Of a stretch of 53,583 bases of DNA, positions 19,865 to 29,712 are shown piece after piece. The notes beneath the pieces are model-generated. The model had not been told where the DNA came from, did no database searches, and saw nothing but the letters and a program-made list of their open reading frames with translations. Origin of the DNA: a virus (Duplodnaviria > Caudoviricetes); the IMG/VR virus record IMGVR_UViG_3300020172_003216, positions 1-53,583 of that record; one strand, given 5' to 3'. Numbering within the stretch: the first letter of the stretch is position 1; every line of letters starts with the position of its first letter. Both the position numbers and the translations under genes were made by a program.

Positions 19865-22177
19865 ATGACGCAGATTCAAGTAACGAAAAGAGACGGAAGT
19901 AAAGAAATACTAGATTTAGAAAAACTACACCGGGTGGTATTTTGGGCAACTGAAGGTATTACCGGAGTTAGTGCAAGTGAAGTAGAAATAAAAAGTCATA
20001 TTCAATTTTACAATGGCATTCGAACATCGGATATACAAGAAACACTGATTAAATCAGCAGCTGATCTTATAAGCGAAGAAACACCCAATTACCAATATGT
20101 AGCTGGTAGATTGATAAATTATCATTTACGCAAGCAGGTATACAACGATTACACACCGTGGCCCTTGCTGGATTTAGTAAAAAAGAATGTGGAATCAGGA
20201 TTTTATGATACTGGCCTTCTCGCCGCCTACACTGATGAAGAGTGGAATATTTTAGACAGTTATATCAAACACGATCGTGATGAGAACTTTACCTATGTTG
20301 CCATGGAGCAATGGCGCGGTAAGTATCTAGTACAGAACCGTGTTAACAACGAAATTTACGAGACTCCGCAAATAGCTTATATGCTGATTGCGGCAACCTT
20401 ATTTCAAAATTACCCTGTATGGGGCGATTACACTCGTTTACAATGGATTAAAGATTATTACGATGCTATCAGTTTACATGATATTAGTTTGCCTACTCCT
20501 GTCATGGCCGGTGTTCGCACTCCGCAAAAGCAGTTCTCTAGCTGTGTGCTTATTGAAACAGATGATAGTCTTGACAGTATCAATGCTACCACTAGCAGTA
20601 TTGTTAAGTATGTCAGTCAGAAAGCCGGCATCGGGATTGGAGCAGGTAGAATACGAGCACTTGGGAGCCCAATACGAAACGGAGATGCTTACCACACGGG
20701 GGTTATACCTTTTTACAAGCTGTTCCAAAGCGCAACAAGGAGTTGTAGCCAAGGGGGTGTCCGTAATGGCGCCGCTACATTGTACTACCCGATCTGGCAC
20801 CTCGAGATTGAGGACCTAATTGTTCTCAAAAACAACAAAGGGACCGATGACAATAGAGTGCGTCATATGGATTATGGCGTGCAATTTAACAAGTTGATGT
20901 ATGAAAGACTAATTACAGGTGGCGACATTACCTGCTTTAGTCCCAATGATGTACCCGAGCTGTACTCTGCTTTTTTCAACGATCAAGAACGATTCAAAGA
21001 GCTATATGAGCGAGCAGAGCGTAATACCAAGCTGAGAAAGAAGACCTTCAAGGCTAGTGATTTGTTTAGTAGATTCATGCAGGAACGCAAGGATACTGGT
21101 CGTATCTATCTACAGAATGTGGACCATGCCAACACTCATAGTCCATTTGATGAAAAGGTAGCACCGATCAAGATGAGTAATCTTTGCGCTGAAATAGATT
21201 TGCCAACTGTGCCGTTACGAGATGTCAACGACGAGGATGGTAGGATCGCCCTGTGTACTCTGTCAGCGATCAATTGGGGCAATGTAAAAAGCCCACATGA
21301 CTTCGAAAAGATGTGTCGGTTGGCGGTGAGAGGATTGGATGCGCTGTTGAGTTATCAAAATTATCCAATTCTTGCAGCACAATTAGCAACAGAAGAATTT
21401 AGGCCAATTGGGGTTGGTATTATCAATTTTGCCTACTTCCTAGCTAAAAATGATGTCAGTTATAGTGATCCTGAAGCGTTAGCTTTAGTTGACGAGTATG
21501 CAGAAGCATGGTCGTACTATTTGATCAAGGCTTCTGCAGACCTCGCTGAAGAACAAGGAGCTTGCACTAGATGGCAAGATCTAAAGAGTGCAAAAGGTGT
21601 ATTACCTATTGACACACGTAAACGAGACGTGGATGAATTGGTGCCCTACCAAGAGCGCATGCCTTGGCAATCACTCCGCGAACAGATTCAACGTACCGGA
21701 CAACGCAACGCCACATTGATGGCACTAATGCCTGCAGAAACATCTGCACAAATTAGTAATGCTACTAATGGAATTGAGCCACCACGCAGTTATGTGTCAG
21801 TTAAACAGAGCAAGCACGGCGCACTAAGACAAGTGGTACCTGAATATCGTAGACTTAAAAACAAATATGAATTACTATGGGATCAGGTCAGCCCTGAGGG
21901 TTATTTAAAATTATGTGCAGTATTACAAAAATACATTGATCAAGGCATTAGTGTAAATACTTCCTACAATCCACAATACTACGAAGATGAAAAGATTCCT
22001 ATGAGTGAGATGTTGCAACATCTAATCATGTGCTACAAATATGGATTGAAGCAGCTTTACTATTTTAACACTTTTGATGGACAAGGTGAAATCAATATTG
22101 ATAAACTAATGGAATCAAAATCTGTTGAAGAAACAGAAACCAATGATCAAGAAGATTGTGATAGTTGTGTAATCTAA
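19865..22177 (+). CDS. nrdA: Ribonucleotide reductase class Ia alpha subunit (with ATP cone)
   Basis: VTKRDG ATP cone, QFSSCVL, SNLCAEI, LMPAETS, LYY and C-terminal CDSC. Confidence 0.97.
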   Translation: MTQIQVTKRDGSKEILDLEKLHRVVFWATEGITGVSASEVEIKSHIQFYNGIRTSDIQETLIKSAADLISEETPNYQYVAGRLINYHLRKQVYNDYTPWPLLDLVKKNVESGFYDTGLLAAYTDEEWNILDSYIKHDRDENFTYVAMEQWRGKYLVQNRVNNEIYETPQIAYMLIAATLFQNYPVWGDYTRLQWIKDYYDAISLHDISLPTPVMAGVRTPQKQFSSCVLIETDDSLDSINATTSSIVKYVSQKAGIGIGAGRIRALGSPIRNGDAYHTGVIPFYKLFQSATRSCSQGGVRNGAATLYYPIWHLEIEDLIVLKNNKGTDDNRVRHMDYGVQFNKLMYERLITGGDITCFSPNDVPELYSAFFNDQERFKELYERAERNTKLRKKTFKASDLFSRFMQERKDTGRIYLQNVDHANTHSPFDEKVAPIKMSNLCAEIDLPTVPLRDVNDEDGRIALCTLSAINWGNVKSPHDFEKMCRLAVRGLDALLSYQNYPILAAQLATEEFRPIGVGIINFAYFLAKNDVSYSDPEALALVDEYAEAWSYYLIKASADLAEEQGACTRWQDLKSAKGVLPIDTRKRDVDELVPYQERMPWQSLREQIQRTGQRNATLMALMPAETSAQISNATNGIEPPRSYVSVKQSKHGALRQVVPEYRRLKNKYELLWDQVSPEGYLKLCAVLQKYIDQGISVNTSYNPQYYEDEKIPMSEMLQHLIMCYKYGLKQLYYFNTFDGQGEINIDKLMESKSVEETETNDQEDCDSCVI

Positions 22178-22184
22178 GAGCAAT

Positions 22185-22631
22185 ATGAATTTAAGAAAAT
22201 ATATCAATTTGATTGAAGATGCCAATGGTATTAGCGAAGAATGGTTTGCTCAAGGTGCATTTAAAACTTACAAGCAACCAAACCCTGAACAATACGAAAT
22301 TGCTCAAGAGGATGGCACTATACAGACCTTAGAAGGTCCGGTGAATTATAAACGAGGTTTTTATATTCTAACCGGGCCCAAAGGTGAACAGTATCCTATA
22401 CCACCAGAAAAGTTTCGTGAATTAAAAGACGACGCCGGTGATGGTATATGCTACCCTAAAAAGATTATCAAATTGGCCAAGCTGGCTGATCATGATGGTT
22501 CTGTTGCAACCAGCTGGGGTGAAACACTAAACTATCAATCCGGTGAAGATTATATAGTTAGACATGGTCCTGGAGATTATGGTGTGGTAAAACGAGATAT
22601 ATTTGCAAAAACTTATGTACAGGAACAATAA
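22185..22631 (+). CDS. PGDYG-family protein (internally duplicated domain)
   Basis: HGPGDYGVVKRDIFAKTY and a related N-terminal repeat TLEG..GPKGEQYPI. Confidence 0.65.
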   Translation: MNLRKYINLIEDANGISEEWFAQGAFKTYKQPNPEQYEIAQEDGTIQTLEGPVNYKRGFYILTGPKGEQYPIPPEKFRELKDDAGDGICYPKKIIKLAKLADHDGSVATSWGETLNYQSGEDYIVRHGPGDYGVVKRDIFAKTYVQEQ

Positions 22632-22634
22632 TAA

Positions 22635-23762
22635 ATGAGCGTATTTAACATTAATAACAAGAATAAGCATACGGAGTCGTTGGCATTTTTAGATGCTTCC
22701 GGAGCACAACCAATACAACGGTATGATACACTGAAATATAGACAGTTTGATAAACTAACAGACAAACAATTAGGCTTCTTTTGGCGTCCAGAAGAAGTTG
22801 ATGTACTTCGAGATAGTAAAGACTTCAAAGAACTTACAGAACATGAACAACATATTTTTACAAGTAATCTTAAGCGACAAATCCTTTTGGATAGTGTTCA
22901 AGGTCGTAGTCCCAATCTTGCTTTTCTTCCCATCGCTACTATTCCTGAGCTCGAAACTTGGATTCAAACTTGGGCGTTCAACGAAACTATTCATAGTCGC
23001 AGCTATACTCATATTATACGTAATGTTTATAGCGATCCTAGCATTGTATTTGATGAGCTGACTGACATAGAAGATATTGTCGATTGTGCCAAAGATATTA
23101 GCCGTTATTATGATGAGCTAATAGAATCTGTACAATATTATAATTTGCTAGGTGTAGGAACACATACAGTCAACGACAAGAAGATTGTTGTTGATATGTA
23201 CGAACTAAAAAAGAAATTGTGGTTATGCTTAAACAGCGTAAACGCATTGGAAGGAATCCGCTTCTATGTTAGCTTTGCCTGTTCGTGGGCATTTGCAGAA
23301 CTAAAGAAGATGGAAGGCAATGCCAAAATTATCAAACTGATTGCACGAGACGAAAACGTTCATTTAGGGTCCACGCAAACCCTTCTCAAATTGCTACCTC
23401 AGGATGATCCTGACTATGCTTCTATAAAAGAAGAAACTCGTGCAGAATGTGAAGCAATGTTTTTGGCGGCAGCAGCACAAGAAAAAGCCTGGGCACATTA
23501 TTTGTTCAAAGACGGAAGCATGATTGGTCTTAACGAACAATTGTTGGCACAGTATGTGGATTGGTTGACCTGCAAGCGCATGACCGCAGTGGGATTGAAT
23601 TGTGGTATAAAGCCGGGATCTAATCCCTTACCATGGACTGCTAAATGGATTGCTGGTGCAGAAGTTCAAGTGGCACCACAAGAAACAGAAATTTCAAGTT
23701 ATGTGATTGGTGGTACCAAACAAGATGTAGACAACAACACGTTTAAGGGTTTTAGTCTTTGA
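22635..23762 (+). CDS. nrdB: Ribonucleotide reductase class Ia beta subunit
   Basis: [26 protein letters not shown] (radical Tyr), [23 protein letters not shown]. Confidence 0.97.
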   Translation: MSVFNINNKNKHTESLAFLDASGAQPIQRYDTLKYRQFDKLTDKQLGFFWRPEEVDVLRDSKDFKELTEHEQHIFTSNLKRQILLDSVQGRSPNLAFLPIATIPELETWIQTWAFNETIHSRSYTHIIRNVYSDPSIVFDELTDIEDIVDCAKDISRYYDELIESVQYYNLLGVGTHTVNDKKIVVDMYELKKKLWLCLNSVNALEGIRFYVSFACSWAFAELKKMEGNAKIIKLIARDENVHLGSTQTLLKLLPQDDPDYASIKEETRAECEAMFLAAAAQEKAWAHYLFKDGSMIGLNEQLLAQYVDWLTCKRMTAVGLNCGIKPGSNPLPWTAKWIAGAEVQVAPQETEISSYVIGGTKQDVDNNTFKGFSL

Positions 23763-24601
23763 CAGCTCGAGCAGTATTTGTTGGTGGATACAGAATGGGA
23801 CATGCTATCATGTCCTTTCAATTTGACCACTTTCTTGAAGGCATAGATAAAACATATATTATCAGCAACATATCGGAACATCATTACCGAGCCACACTAG
23901 AAAAATATGTAGATGATCCCAGTAGATTTATATATGTAAATGATCAAGAATTAATTGATGCTTATCCTGAAATTTTACATTGGGATCAACCCGGAGACTA
24001 TCGCGGTACCTGGTTGAGACAACAGGCACTTAAAATTGCTTGTCTAGATTATTTTAACGAAGAATCATTTTTAATTCAAGACCCAGATACGTTTGCAATA
24101 CGGCCATACAAATGTTTTGATGGTAAAACACCTAATTTCTTTGTTTTACCCAACACTACACACAGTCCTGGTTATTATTCAGTAATTGAGGACAGTTTAG
24201 GCATAAAAAGACAGACAACAGACTGTTTTATTACAGAATTTTTACCTTTTCTTAAAGAAGATTGGGTAGCTATGCGCCAGCAGATAGAACAAAAACACAA
24301 CAAACATTTCCTTGATGCCATAATTGACAGTTGTCAGAGAGAAGCCGAAACTAACCTAATATGGTTTAGTGAATACGAATTGCTCGGCAATTATGCATTG
24401 ACCAGAAGAAACATAGATACGACTGTACAACATAGATGTGAAATAAGAAACATCGGAGATTTGTCGAAACTTAACAGTGTTGATTATAACTGTTATGTGG
24501 ATGCCTGTCCTAACTTAGATGACAGTATATTATTTGAATTTGTTTCTAACACTGTTATCAATTTTGATAAAATTTACAACGACATAGCCAGTCGTATATG
24601 A
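23759..24601 (+). CDS. Putative glycosyltransferase (GT-A / DUF6492-like)
   Basis: WLRQQALKI, DxD motif [16 protein letters not shown]. Start codon uncertain (TTG). Confidence 0.5.
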   Translation: MTARAVFVGGYRMGHAIMSFQFDHFLEGIDKTYIISNISEHHYRATLEKYVDDPSRFIYVNDQELIDAYPEILHWDQPGDYRGTWLRQQALKIACLDYFNEESFLIQDPDTFAIRPYKCFDGKTPNFFVLPNTTHSPGYYSVIEDSLGIKRQTTDCFITEFLPFLKEDWVAMRQQIEQKHNKHFLDAIIDSCQREAETNLIWFSEYELLGNYALTRRNIDTTVQHRCEIRNIGDLSKLNSVDYNCYVDACPNLDDSILFEFVSNTVINFDKIYNDIASRI

Positions 24602-25731
24602 ATCAATTCAAGTATAAAATTTTTACGCTGCTACCTCCGCATGCAGCAATTGATTCTATGCCAGACTGGCAAGGAGAAGACTATCCTGCATTTGAGACCA
24701 CAGACGATTTACAAGAATGTCTAGCCCAACCTTACAAAGTGGCTGCTGTTCCAACACTGTTCAATCAACAAGGTGGGTATGCATATAACAGTGAACTTTG
24801 TTCAATTGATTGGAGCAAATTTGATCTTGTTATCCTGTCGGACATTGAAAACTCAACAACAGATGTTATTTTAGAACATGTACACAAAGCAAATATTCAA
24901 AATTATCTTGTTGCATTAGGAGGACTTACTGATCCTATTAGCGATGCAAACTTTGTTTATAGGCCGTGGTGGATATTTCAGCACATGCGATTGAATTCAT
25001 TTCGTCCTGGCACTACAAAAAAATCATTTTTATTTGAAGCACTGCTAGGAGCGCAAAAGATTCATAGATCTTATGTTATGTCTAGATTTAATCTTAAACA
25101 AGATATATTGCAGAAATCCGTAATCACTTATAGAAAAGAGTTTGGGTCCGATCAGCACGATCCCAAAATCTTTCTAGACAAGGAAGCAGCCGATGTTGTT
25201 AATAGCAATTTAATTTGGCCCTATATATCTCCCAATCTAGATCCTGCGTGGGAAGTGGCAAACGAAATTCGTCGAGACATCAGTGAAATCACACCTTGGG
25301 CTATTTACGATAGAACTTACTACAGTATTTGCTGCGAAACAATATTCCAACATCCTTCTCCTGACAGATACCAAGATCCAGGACCTTTTTTTATAACTGA
25401 AAAGACAGCCAAAGTATTGTTAGGGCAAAGATTGTTTATAATGTTTGGGCCACAGCATACTCTCAAATTTCTTAAAGAACTAGGATTTCAAACTTTTGAT
25501 AATGTGATTGACGAATCGTATGACAACTGCACAGATGCCAGTTCAAGATTTAAAATGGCATTTGATCAGGTGGAATATTTAAGCACACTAGATCCAGAAA
25601 CAGTAATGCAACAAACAGAACAAATTCGTTTGCACAATTACAATCATCTTTATCAATATCAAAAACAAACAAAAAATAAAATGCATCAGATGATCCTGGA
25701 CAAAATACCCGAGCAATTTAAATTTGCGTAA
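24598..25731 (+). CDS. Putative glycosyltransferase (GT10-like), paralog C
   Basis: ICCETI..FITEKTAKV..F..GFQTFDNVIDESYD. Confidence 0.5.
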   Translation: MNQFKYKIFTLLPPHAAIDSMPDWQGEDYPAFETTDDLQECLAQPYKVAAVPTLFNQQGGYAYNSELCSIDWSKFDLVILSDIENSTTDVILEHVHKANIQNYLVALGGLTDPISDANFVYRPWWIFQHMRLNSFRPGTTKKSFLFEALLGAQKIHRSYVMSRFNLKQDILQKSVITYRKEFGSDQHDPKIFLDKEAADVVNSNLIWPYISPNLDPAWEVANEIRRDISEITPWAIYDRTYYSICCETIFQHPSPDRYQDPGPFFITEKTAKVLLGQRLFIMFGPQHTLKFLKELGFQTFDNVIDESYDNCTDASSRFKMAFDQVEYLSTLDPETVMQQTEQIRLHNYNHLYQYQKQTKNKMHQMILDKIPEQFKFA

Positions 25732-25752
25732 ATACAAAACATTAACTATAAT
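25724..25752 (+). promoter_or_regulatory. sigma70-like promoter with nested late box, upstream of glutaredoxin
   Basis: TTGCGT-17-TATAAT, with GTAAATA at 25728-34. Confidence 0.55.
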
Positions 25753-25760
25753 ATAAAACT

Positions 25761-26003
25761 ATGCTTACAATATATTCTAAAAACAATTGTCCGTTTTGCG
25801 ATCGAGCAAAACAATTACTTGAAAGTAAAAACGTGCCTTTTAACGAAATTAACATCGAGAACGATTCAGAATCGAGGCAGATGTTGTTAGATAAAGGCTT
25901 AAGGAGCGTGCCGCAGATCTTCCACGGGTATGAATTAGTTCCAGGAGGATTCGACGGTCTAAACAAACAACCAGCAGATTTTTTTGAAAAGGTAAAAAAC
26001 TAA
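25761..26003 (+). CDS. grxC: Glutaredoxin
   Basis: CPFC active site, RSVPQIF, GGFD. Confidence 0.92.
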   Translation: MLTIYSKNNCPFCDRAKQLLESKNVPFNEINIENDSESRQMLLDKGLRSVPQIFHGYELVPGGFDGLNKQPADFFEKVKN

Positions 26004-26314
26004 TGTTAGTATCACGAGGTTATCAACAAGGCGATATTGTCAGTTTCAAATTGATTACCGGCGACGAAGTGGTAGCAAGAATTGTCGATGCCGGGCCCAA
26101 CGGATTTGAAATTTCTAAACCATGCACAGTAATGCCCAGTCCACAAGGTATGGGACTTATTCAAAGTTTATTCACTGCCGACGCCGATGCTGGTGTTGTG
26201 CTACAAAAAGAACATGTCATTATGCATGCTCCTAGCATTGACGCTATGCAGAAACACTATATTAAAACTACCACTGGCATAGAACCTGTGACCAGGGGAA
26301 GTATCATAACCTAA
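26003..26314 (+). CDS. Hypothetical phage protein, Sm-like fold suspected
   Basis: IVSFKLITGDEVVARI beta pattern. Confidence 0.6.
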   Translation: MLVSRGYQQGDIVSFKLITGDEVVARIVDAGPNGFEISKPCTVMPSPQGMGLIQSLFTADADAGVVLQKEHVIMHAPSIDAMQKHYIKTTTGIEPVTRGSIIT

Positions 26315-26315
26315 C

Positions 26316-26771
26316 ATGTTTGTAACGCCTAGTACACTACCGGCTGTTGGAGAAGATGTTGATCTTAATTTAACATTTAATGTAAACACCAACATCGGCG
26401 ATCCTGCAATTACATCTGTAAGCGCAACGTGTTCGGCATTGGGAAATGTGGCAATTGTGGTAGGTGCACCAGTTGGGATTGATGGCAATACAACAATTAC
26501 CGTCAGCGGTAGGTATAATGATAATTTTGATAAATCAATTACTTACGAGGACAGTGATAAGGCGGTGCAAAGTGCATCAAGATTTAAAGACATTGCGCCA
26601 GGGTACAATTTTGTGTCTGAGTATGTGGCAGCAAGTGGTGGTACTGCTACAGCTACATACACTGTGATTGTAAATGGTACTCCGTTTACTATAACTCAGA
26701 CTATAAATAATACTAGTTTCACACCAGGACAAAAATATCTTGTCCAATATGTAGCTCAAGGAAAATACTAA
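26316..26771 (+). CDS. Hypothetical beta-rich protein, probably baseplate-associated
   Basis: Thr/Val/Ser-rich; coupled to the PAAR gene. Confidence 0.55.
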   Translation: MFVTPSTLPAVGEDVDLNLTFNVNTNIGDPAITSVSATCSALGNVAIVVGAPVGIDGNTTITVSGRYNDNFDKSITYEDSDKAVQSASRFKDIAPGYNFVSEYVAASGGTATATYTVIVNGTPFTITQTINNTSFTPGQKYLVQYVAQGKY

Positions 26772-27067
26772 TGCCACCAGTCACAAGAACCAATGTTGAT
26801 CCAAGTACCGGGCATGGCGGGTACGTTCCGCGTCCAAGCACACCCAACGGAAGCCCGGACGTTTTTATCAATGGCCAGGGTGTTGTTCGAGTGTCTGATG
26901 CCTGGCCCGATCATACCGATCCAGGACCGCCTGACACTCACGGCAGTTCTCAGTCTGGTGGTAGTTTGACCTTTTTTGTCAACGGTTTGGCCGTGGCAAG
27001 AATTGGTGATGCCATTGGTTGTGGTGATGCCGCAGCCGCCGGTAGTCCGGATGTGATTGCCGGATGA
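26771..27067 (+). CDS. PAAR-repeat spike tip protein (T4 gp5.4-like)
   Basis: TGHG, VFINGQGVVRVSD, H..H, VNGLAVARIGDAIGCG..GSPDV. Confidence 0.9.
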   Translation: MPPVTRTNVDPSTGHGGYVPRPSTPNGSPDVFINGQGVVRVSDAWPDHTDPGPPDTHGSSQSGGSLTFFVNGLAVARIGDAIGCGDAAAAGSPDVIAG

Positions 27068-27075
27068 TACAACCG

Positions 27076-27134
27076 TAATGTACTCATATTACTTGTAAAA
27101 AACCAGAAAAAATGCTATAATGTACTCATATTAC
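27076..27134. repeat. Perfect 17-bp direct repeat TAATGTACTCATATTAC (27076-92, 27118-34)
   Basis: Read directly from sequence; copies are 42 bp apart and each is quasi-palindromic (TAAT..ATTA). Confidence 0.9.
27093..27121 (+). promoter_or_regulatory. sigma70-like promoter for the cell wall hydrolase
   Basis: TTGTAA-17-TATAAT with extended TG. Confidence 0.7.
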
Positions 27135-27208
27135 GGGGTTATAGCAGTTGTTTTCTCAAAAATATCATTGTTATATAAAACTACAACCTTAAAGAAGGAG
27201 GAAAAAAG

Positions 27209-27763
27209 ATGAGACAACATTTGCCAAACATTGCAAAATTTGTATCAATCGTTTTTGGTATGTGGCTTGCCACATACGCCCTGGTAGAGGTCACCAAAAA
27301 CAAATTTGAATCACTCAAGGCCGAAAAGGCTGAGATGGCTGCTGTGCATCCGGTAACTGGAGAAGAAAGATCTCGCCAGCTACGATGCCTCACGCAGAAC
27401 ATTTATTGGGAAGCCGCCAGCGAACCGTTTGAAGGAAAAGTAGCTGTGGCTCAAGTAACACTCAATCGCGCTAATAGTAGCCAGTTTCCCAATGACATCT
27501 GTGCAGTTGTATATCAGAAAAATGTCATCTACTCAAAAGTAGTTTGTCAGTTTTCATGGTACTGTGAAGGCACTCATAGAGTAAAACCAGTGCATCAACC
27601 TCTGTACAATGAAAGTGCAGAAGTTGCTAAAAAAGTTCTACTGGAAGGATTCCGTTTACCTAGTATCAAGAATGCAATGTATTATCATGCTGACTATGTT
27701 CAACCAGGGTGGGGCAAAAAACCCATTGCCAAAATTGGGCGCCATATTTTTTATGGTAGTTAA
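27209..27763 (+). CDS. sleB: SleB/Hydrolase_2 cell wall hydrolase with N-terminal membrane anchor
   Basis: CLTQNIYWEA..E..GKVAVAQVTLNR, CQFSW, YYHADYV.P.W, IGRHIFY. Confidence 0.9.
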   Translation: MRQHLPNIAKFVSIVFGMWLATYALVEVTKNKFESLKAEKAEMAAVHPVTGEERSRQLRCLTQNIYWEAASEPFEGKVAVAQVTLNRANSSQFPNDICAVVYQKNVIYSKVVCQFSWYCEGTHRVKPVHQPLYNESAEVAKKVLLEGFRLPSIKNAMYYHADYVQPGWGKKPIAKIGRHIFYGS

Positions 27764-27777
27764 GCAGGACAATACGA

Positions 27778-28140
27778 ATGCCAATTTTAACTTCAACTTC
27801 AAAATCTAAGATTATGGAAAATTCAAACAAAATTGATTTCGATCGCGTTAAACAAAGTGTGGTAGAGTTTTTCTCTACCCACTTTAGTAAAATCTCAGCT
27901 GAGACAATGGGTTGGTTAGCAGCTATTGCTTTACATGCTGCTACCATTCCTACACTACTGGCCTTGCTTACTGGATTAACAGATAGCACCCCTAGTGTAG
28001 ATGTTGTTCTTTTTATGTGGCTGGGTCTCGTATTGTTGTTTGGTCGAGCAGTAATTCTTCGAGACCTACTGAATATTGTAACCATTGGATTAGGTTTTGT
28101 TATCCAAGCAACATTGATGGCACTTATCCTGTTCAAGTAA
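27778..28140 (+). CDS. Small membrane protein (about 3 TM helices)
   Basis: Hydrophobic helices; AGGA RBS. Confidence 0.7.
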   Translation: MPILTSTSKSKIMENSNKIDFDRVKQSVVEFFSTHFSKISAETMGWLAAIALHAATIPTLLALLTGLTDSTPSVDVVLFMWLGLVLLFGRAVILRDLLNIVTIGLGFVIQATLMALILFK

Positions 28141-28171
28141 TCCATAAATACTCATAGAACAGGAGGCTACG

Positions 28172-28396
28172 ATGACCAAACGAGCCGAAATCGAAATAGA
28201 AGAACTAGCATACAGTATTGAAGACGAAATTGGGGAAGAAGATTATGGATTTGTCTTTGACGCAGATGGGAATTTAAAGTTTGCGTTCATCCCCGAAGTC
28301 GTTCCTAACAAACCACCCAAGAATATTGCCAAGATAATGAAGATCTTGGGTGTCATTGATCTAGCACAATTTAACGAAGACTTAACAATTCATTAA
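28172..28396 (+). CDS. Hypothetical acidic protein
   Basis: CATAAATA (28143-50) and AGGAGG RBS. Confidence 0.7.
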   Translation: MTKRAEIEIEELAYSIEDEIGEEDYGFVFDADGNLKFAFIPEVVPNKPPKNIAKIMKILGVIDLAQFNEDLTIH

Positions 28397-28399
28397 CAC

Positions 28400-28428
28400 T
28401 TGACCATAAAGGTCCTTTTTGCTATACT
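28400..28428 (+). promoter_or_regulatory. Early sigma70-like promoter
   Basis: TTGACC-17-TATACT with extended TG. Confidence 0.8.
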
Positions 28429-28434
28429 TAGAGC

Positions 28435-28665
28435 ATGAAAAAGGACACCGTATTTTATCTTAAGTGGCTTGCAACTTTTATAACAATTGTTGGAGCCATT
28501 TGCACTTCCATTAATCTTTATCCGCTAGGCCCTGCTTTGCTTAACTTTGGTGCCCTACTGTGGCTCATTGTTGCAATAAAATGGCGAGAGTGGAGTCTTA
28601 TTGTTATAAATGCAACACTTCTTGCAATTTATACAACAGGATTACTTGTTAAATTAGCAACATAA
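28435..28665 (+). CDS. Small membrane protein
   Basis: Three hydrophobic segments. Confidence 0.7.
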   Translation: MKKDTVFYLKWLATFITIVGAICTSINLYPLGPALLNFGALLWLIVAIKWREWSLIVINATLLAIYTTGLLVKLAT

Positions 28666-28671
28666 AAACGG

Positions 28672-28701
28672 TAGACCAAAAATACCCATTTTTGCTATAA
28701 T
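28672..28701 (+). promoter_or_regulatory. Early sigma70-like promoter
   Basis: TAGACC-18-TATAAT with extended TG. Confidence 0.7.
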
Positions 28702-28731
28702 CAATGTATAGTAATTAACAAGGAGTTAACC

Positions 28732-28917
28732 ATGCCAACATATATTGCTTCAAATTTGCCCATGGATCAGTTGGAAGTATTACGTCCAAAATACACAACA
28801 TTAGCAAAATTACAAGGCAAGCGATGTGTAGTTCGTTATCGTGGCCCTCGTTATGATTTAACTAAGGCCACATGTCTTAAGAAAAATGCAAGATATTGGG
28901 CTGTGTACTTTTATTAA
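28732..28917 (+). CDS. Hypothetical early protein
   Basis: AAGGAG RBS; basic; contains VRYRGPR. Confidence 0.7.
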   Translation: MPTYIASNLPMDQLEVLRPKYTTLAKLQGKRCVVRYRGPRYDLTKATCLKKNARYWAVYFY

Positions 28918-28924
28918 AAAACGG

Positions 28925-28953
28925 TTGTCCATAATTACCCATTTTGCTATACT
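28925..28953 (+). promoter_or_regulatory. Early sigma70-like promoter
   Basis: TTGTCC-17-TATACT with extended TG; near-copy of the 28672 promoter. Confidence 0.7.
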
Positions 28954-28983
28954 ATAGGCTAAGTTAAACAAAAGGAGCCAAAA

Positions 28984-29211
28984 ATGACAGAATTTGAAAA
29001 GAACTGCTACGGTATGTCCCAAGAAGATATCCGTGAACAGTACATGCAATCAATTACTGCTCGCCTGAGTGGTCTGGAAATGGTAGTAATGGGCATACTG
29101 TCGGATGCACAGGAATTGGCAGCTATGGGTCAATCAGCTGCTACTCGCAAGCAACTGAATATCGCCAAGTTCATTCTTTCCGAAATGATGGACGCTAAGG
29201 AGGCAGCGTAA
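28984..29211 (+). CDS. Hypothetical early protein
   Basis: AAGGAG RBS. Confidence 0.72.
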   Translation: MTEFEKNCYGMSQEDIREQYMQSITARLSGLEMVVMGILSDAQELAAMGQSAATRKQLNIAKFILSEMMDAKEAA

Positions 29212-29414
29212 TGAGCATTCAATTTATTACAGATGGCTACAACGGTCGTGACGAGCGTGTTGTTTTGTGGCGCACCGGCGAATACACTTACGAACTTGAA
29301 ATTGGTTCAGGTATTCGTAAAAGATCTGTCAAGTTGTTGAATACAGAATACTACAATGCCCTGGAGCAGTTTGGTGTCATGGTAGAAAATTATCACGAAT
29401 TGGGGGAAGCGTAA
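29211..29414 (+). CDS. Hypothetical early protein
   Basis: AGGAGG RBS, TAATG coupling. Confidence 0.7.
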   Translation: MSIQFITDGYNGRDERVVLWRTGEYTYELEIGSGIRKRSVKLLNTEYYNALEQFGVMVENYHELGEA

Positions 29415-29563
29415 TGGCTGATCAAACTTTGATTGATTGCCTGTACAACGAGCTGATCAATCTTGACGAACAGGCTGGTTGCTTTGACGAAGAAACCAAC
29501 CGTTTTATTGACGTTCAGCGCGAGAAACTTTTTAAACAGATTTTAGAGTTGGAGGCAGCATGA
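29414..29563 (+). CDS. Hypothetical 49-aa acidic protein (not in ORF track)
   Basis: MADQTLIDCLYNE...LELEAA; GGGGA RBS; coupled at both ends. Confidence 0.65.
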   Translation: MADQTLIDCLYNELINLDEQAGCFDEETNRFIDVQREKLFKQILELEAA

Positions 29564-29712
29564 GAACGGCAATGACTAAAGAAGAAAAAGAGATATTCGA
29601 AAAGCGATTTTTAGAAGCGATGCGAAAGCGTGAAAAGTTGGTCAAGGCAGGTCGTAAACTACGTGCCGAGGCTCGTCAAGCAGCAATCCAAAAATACATG
29701 GGTCAAGTATGA
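29560..29712 (+). CDS. Hypothetical 50-aa basic helical protein (not in ORF track)
   Basis: MRTAMTKEEKEIF...KYMGQV; GGAGG RBS; ATGA overlaps at both ends. Confidence 0.65.
   Translation: MRTAMTKEEKEIFEKRFLEAMRKREKLVKAGRKLRAEARQAAIQKYMGQV

Noticed and set aside
19865-23762. Intein, intron or homing endonuclease in or between nrdA and nrdB
   Set aside because: Both subunits are normal length and uninterrupted, and the intervening ORF lacks HNH, GIY-YIG and LAGLIDADG motifs.
26771-27067. Type VI secretion system inferred from PAAR
   Set aside because: No T6SS genes are present; PAAR is the normal spike tip of contractile-tailed phages.
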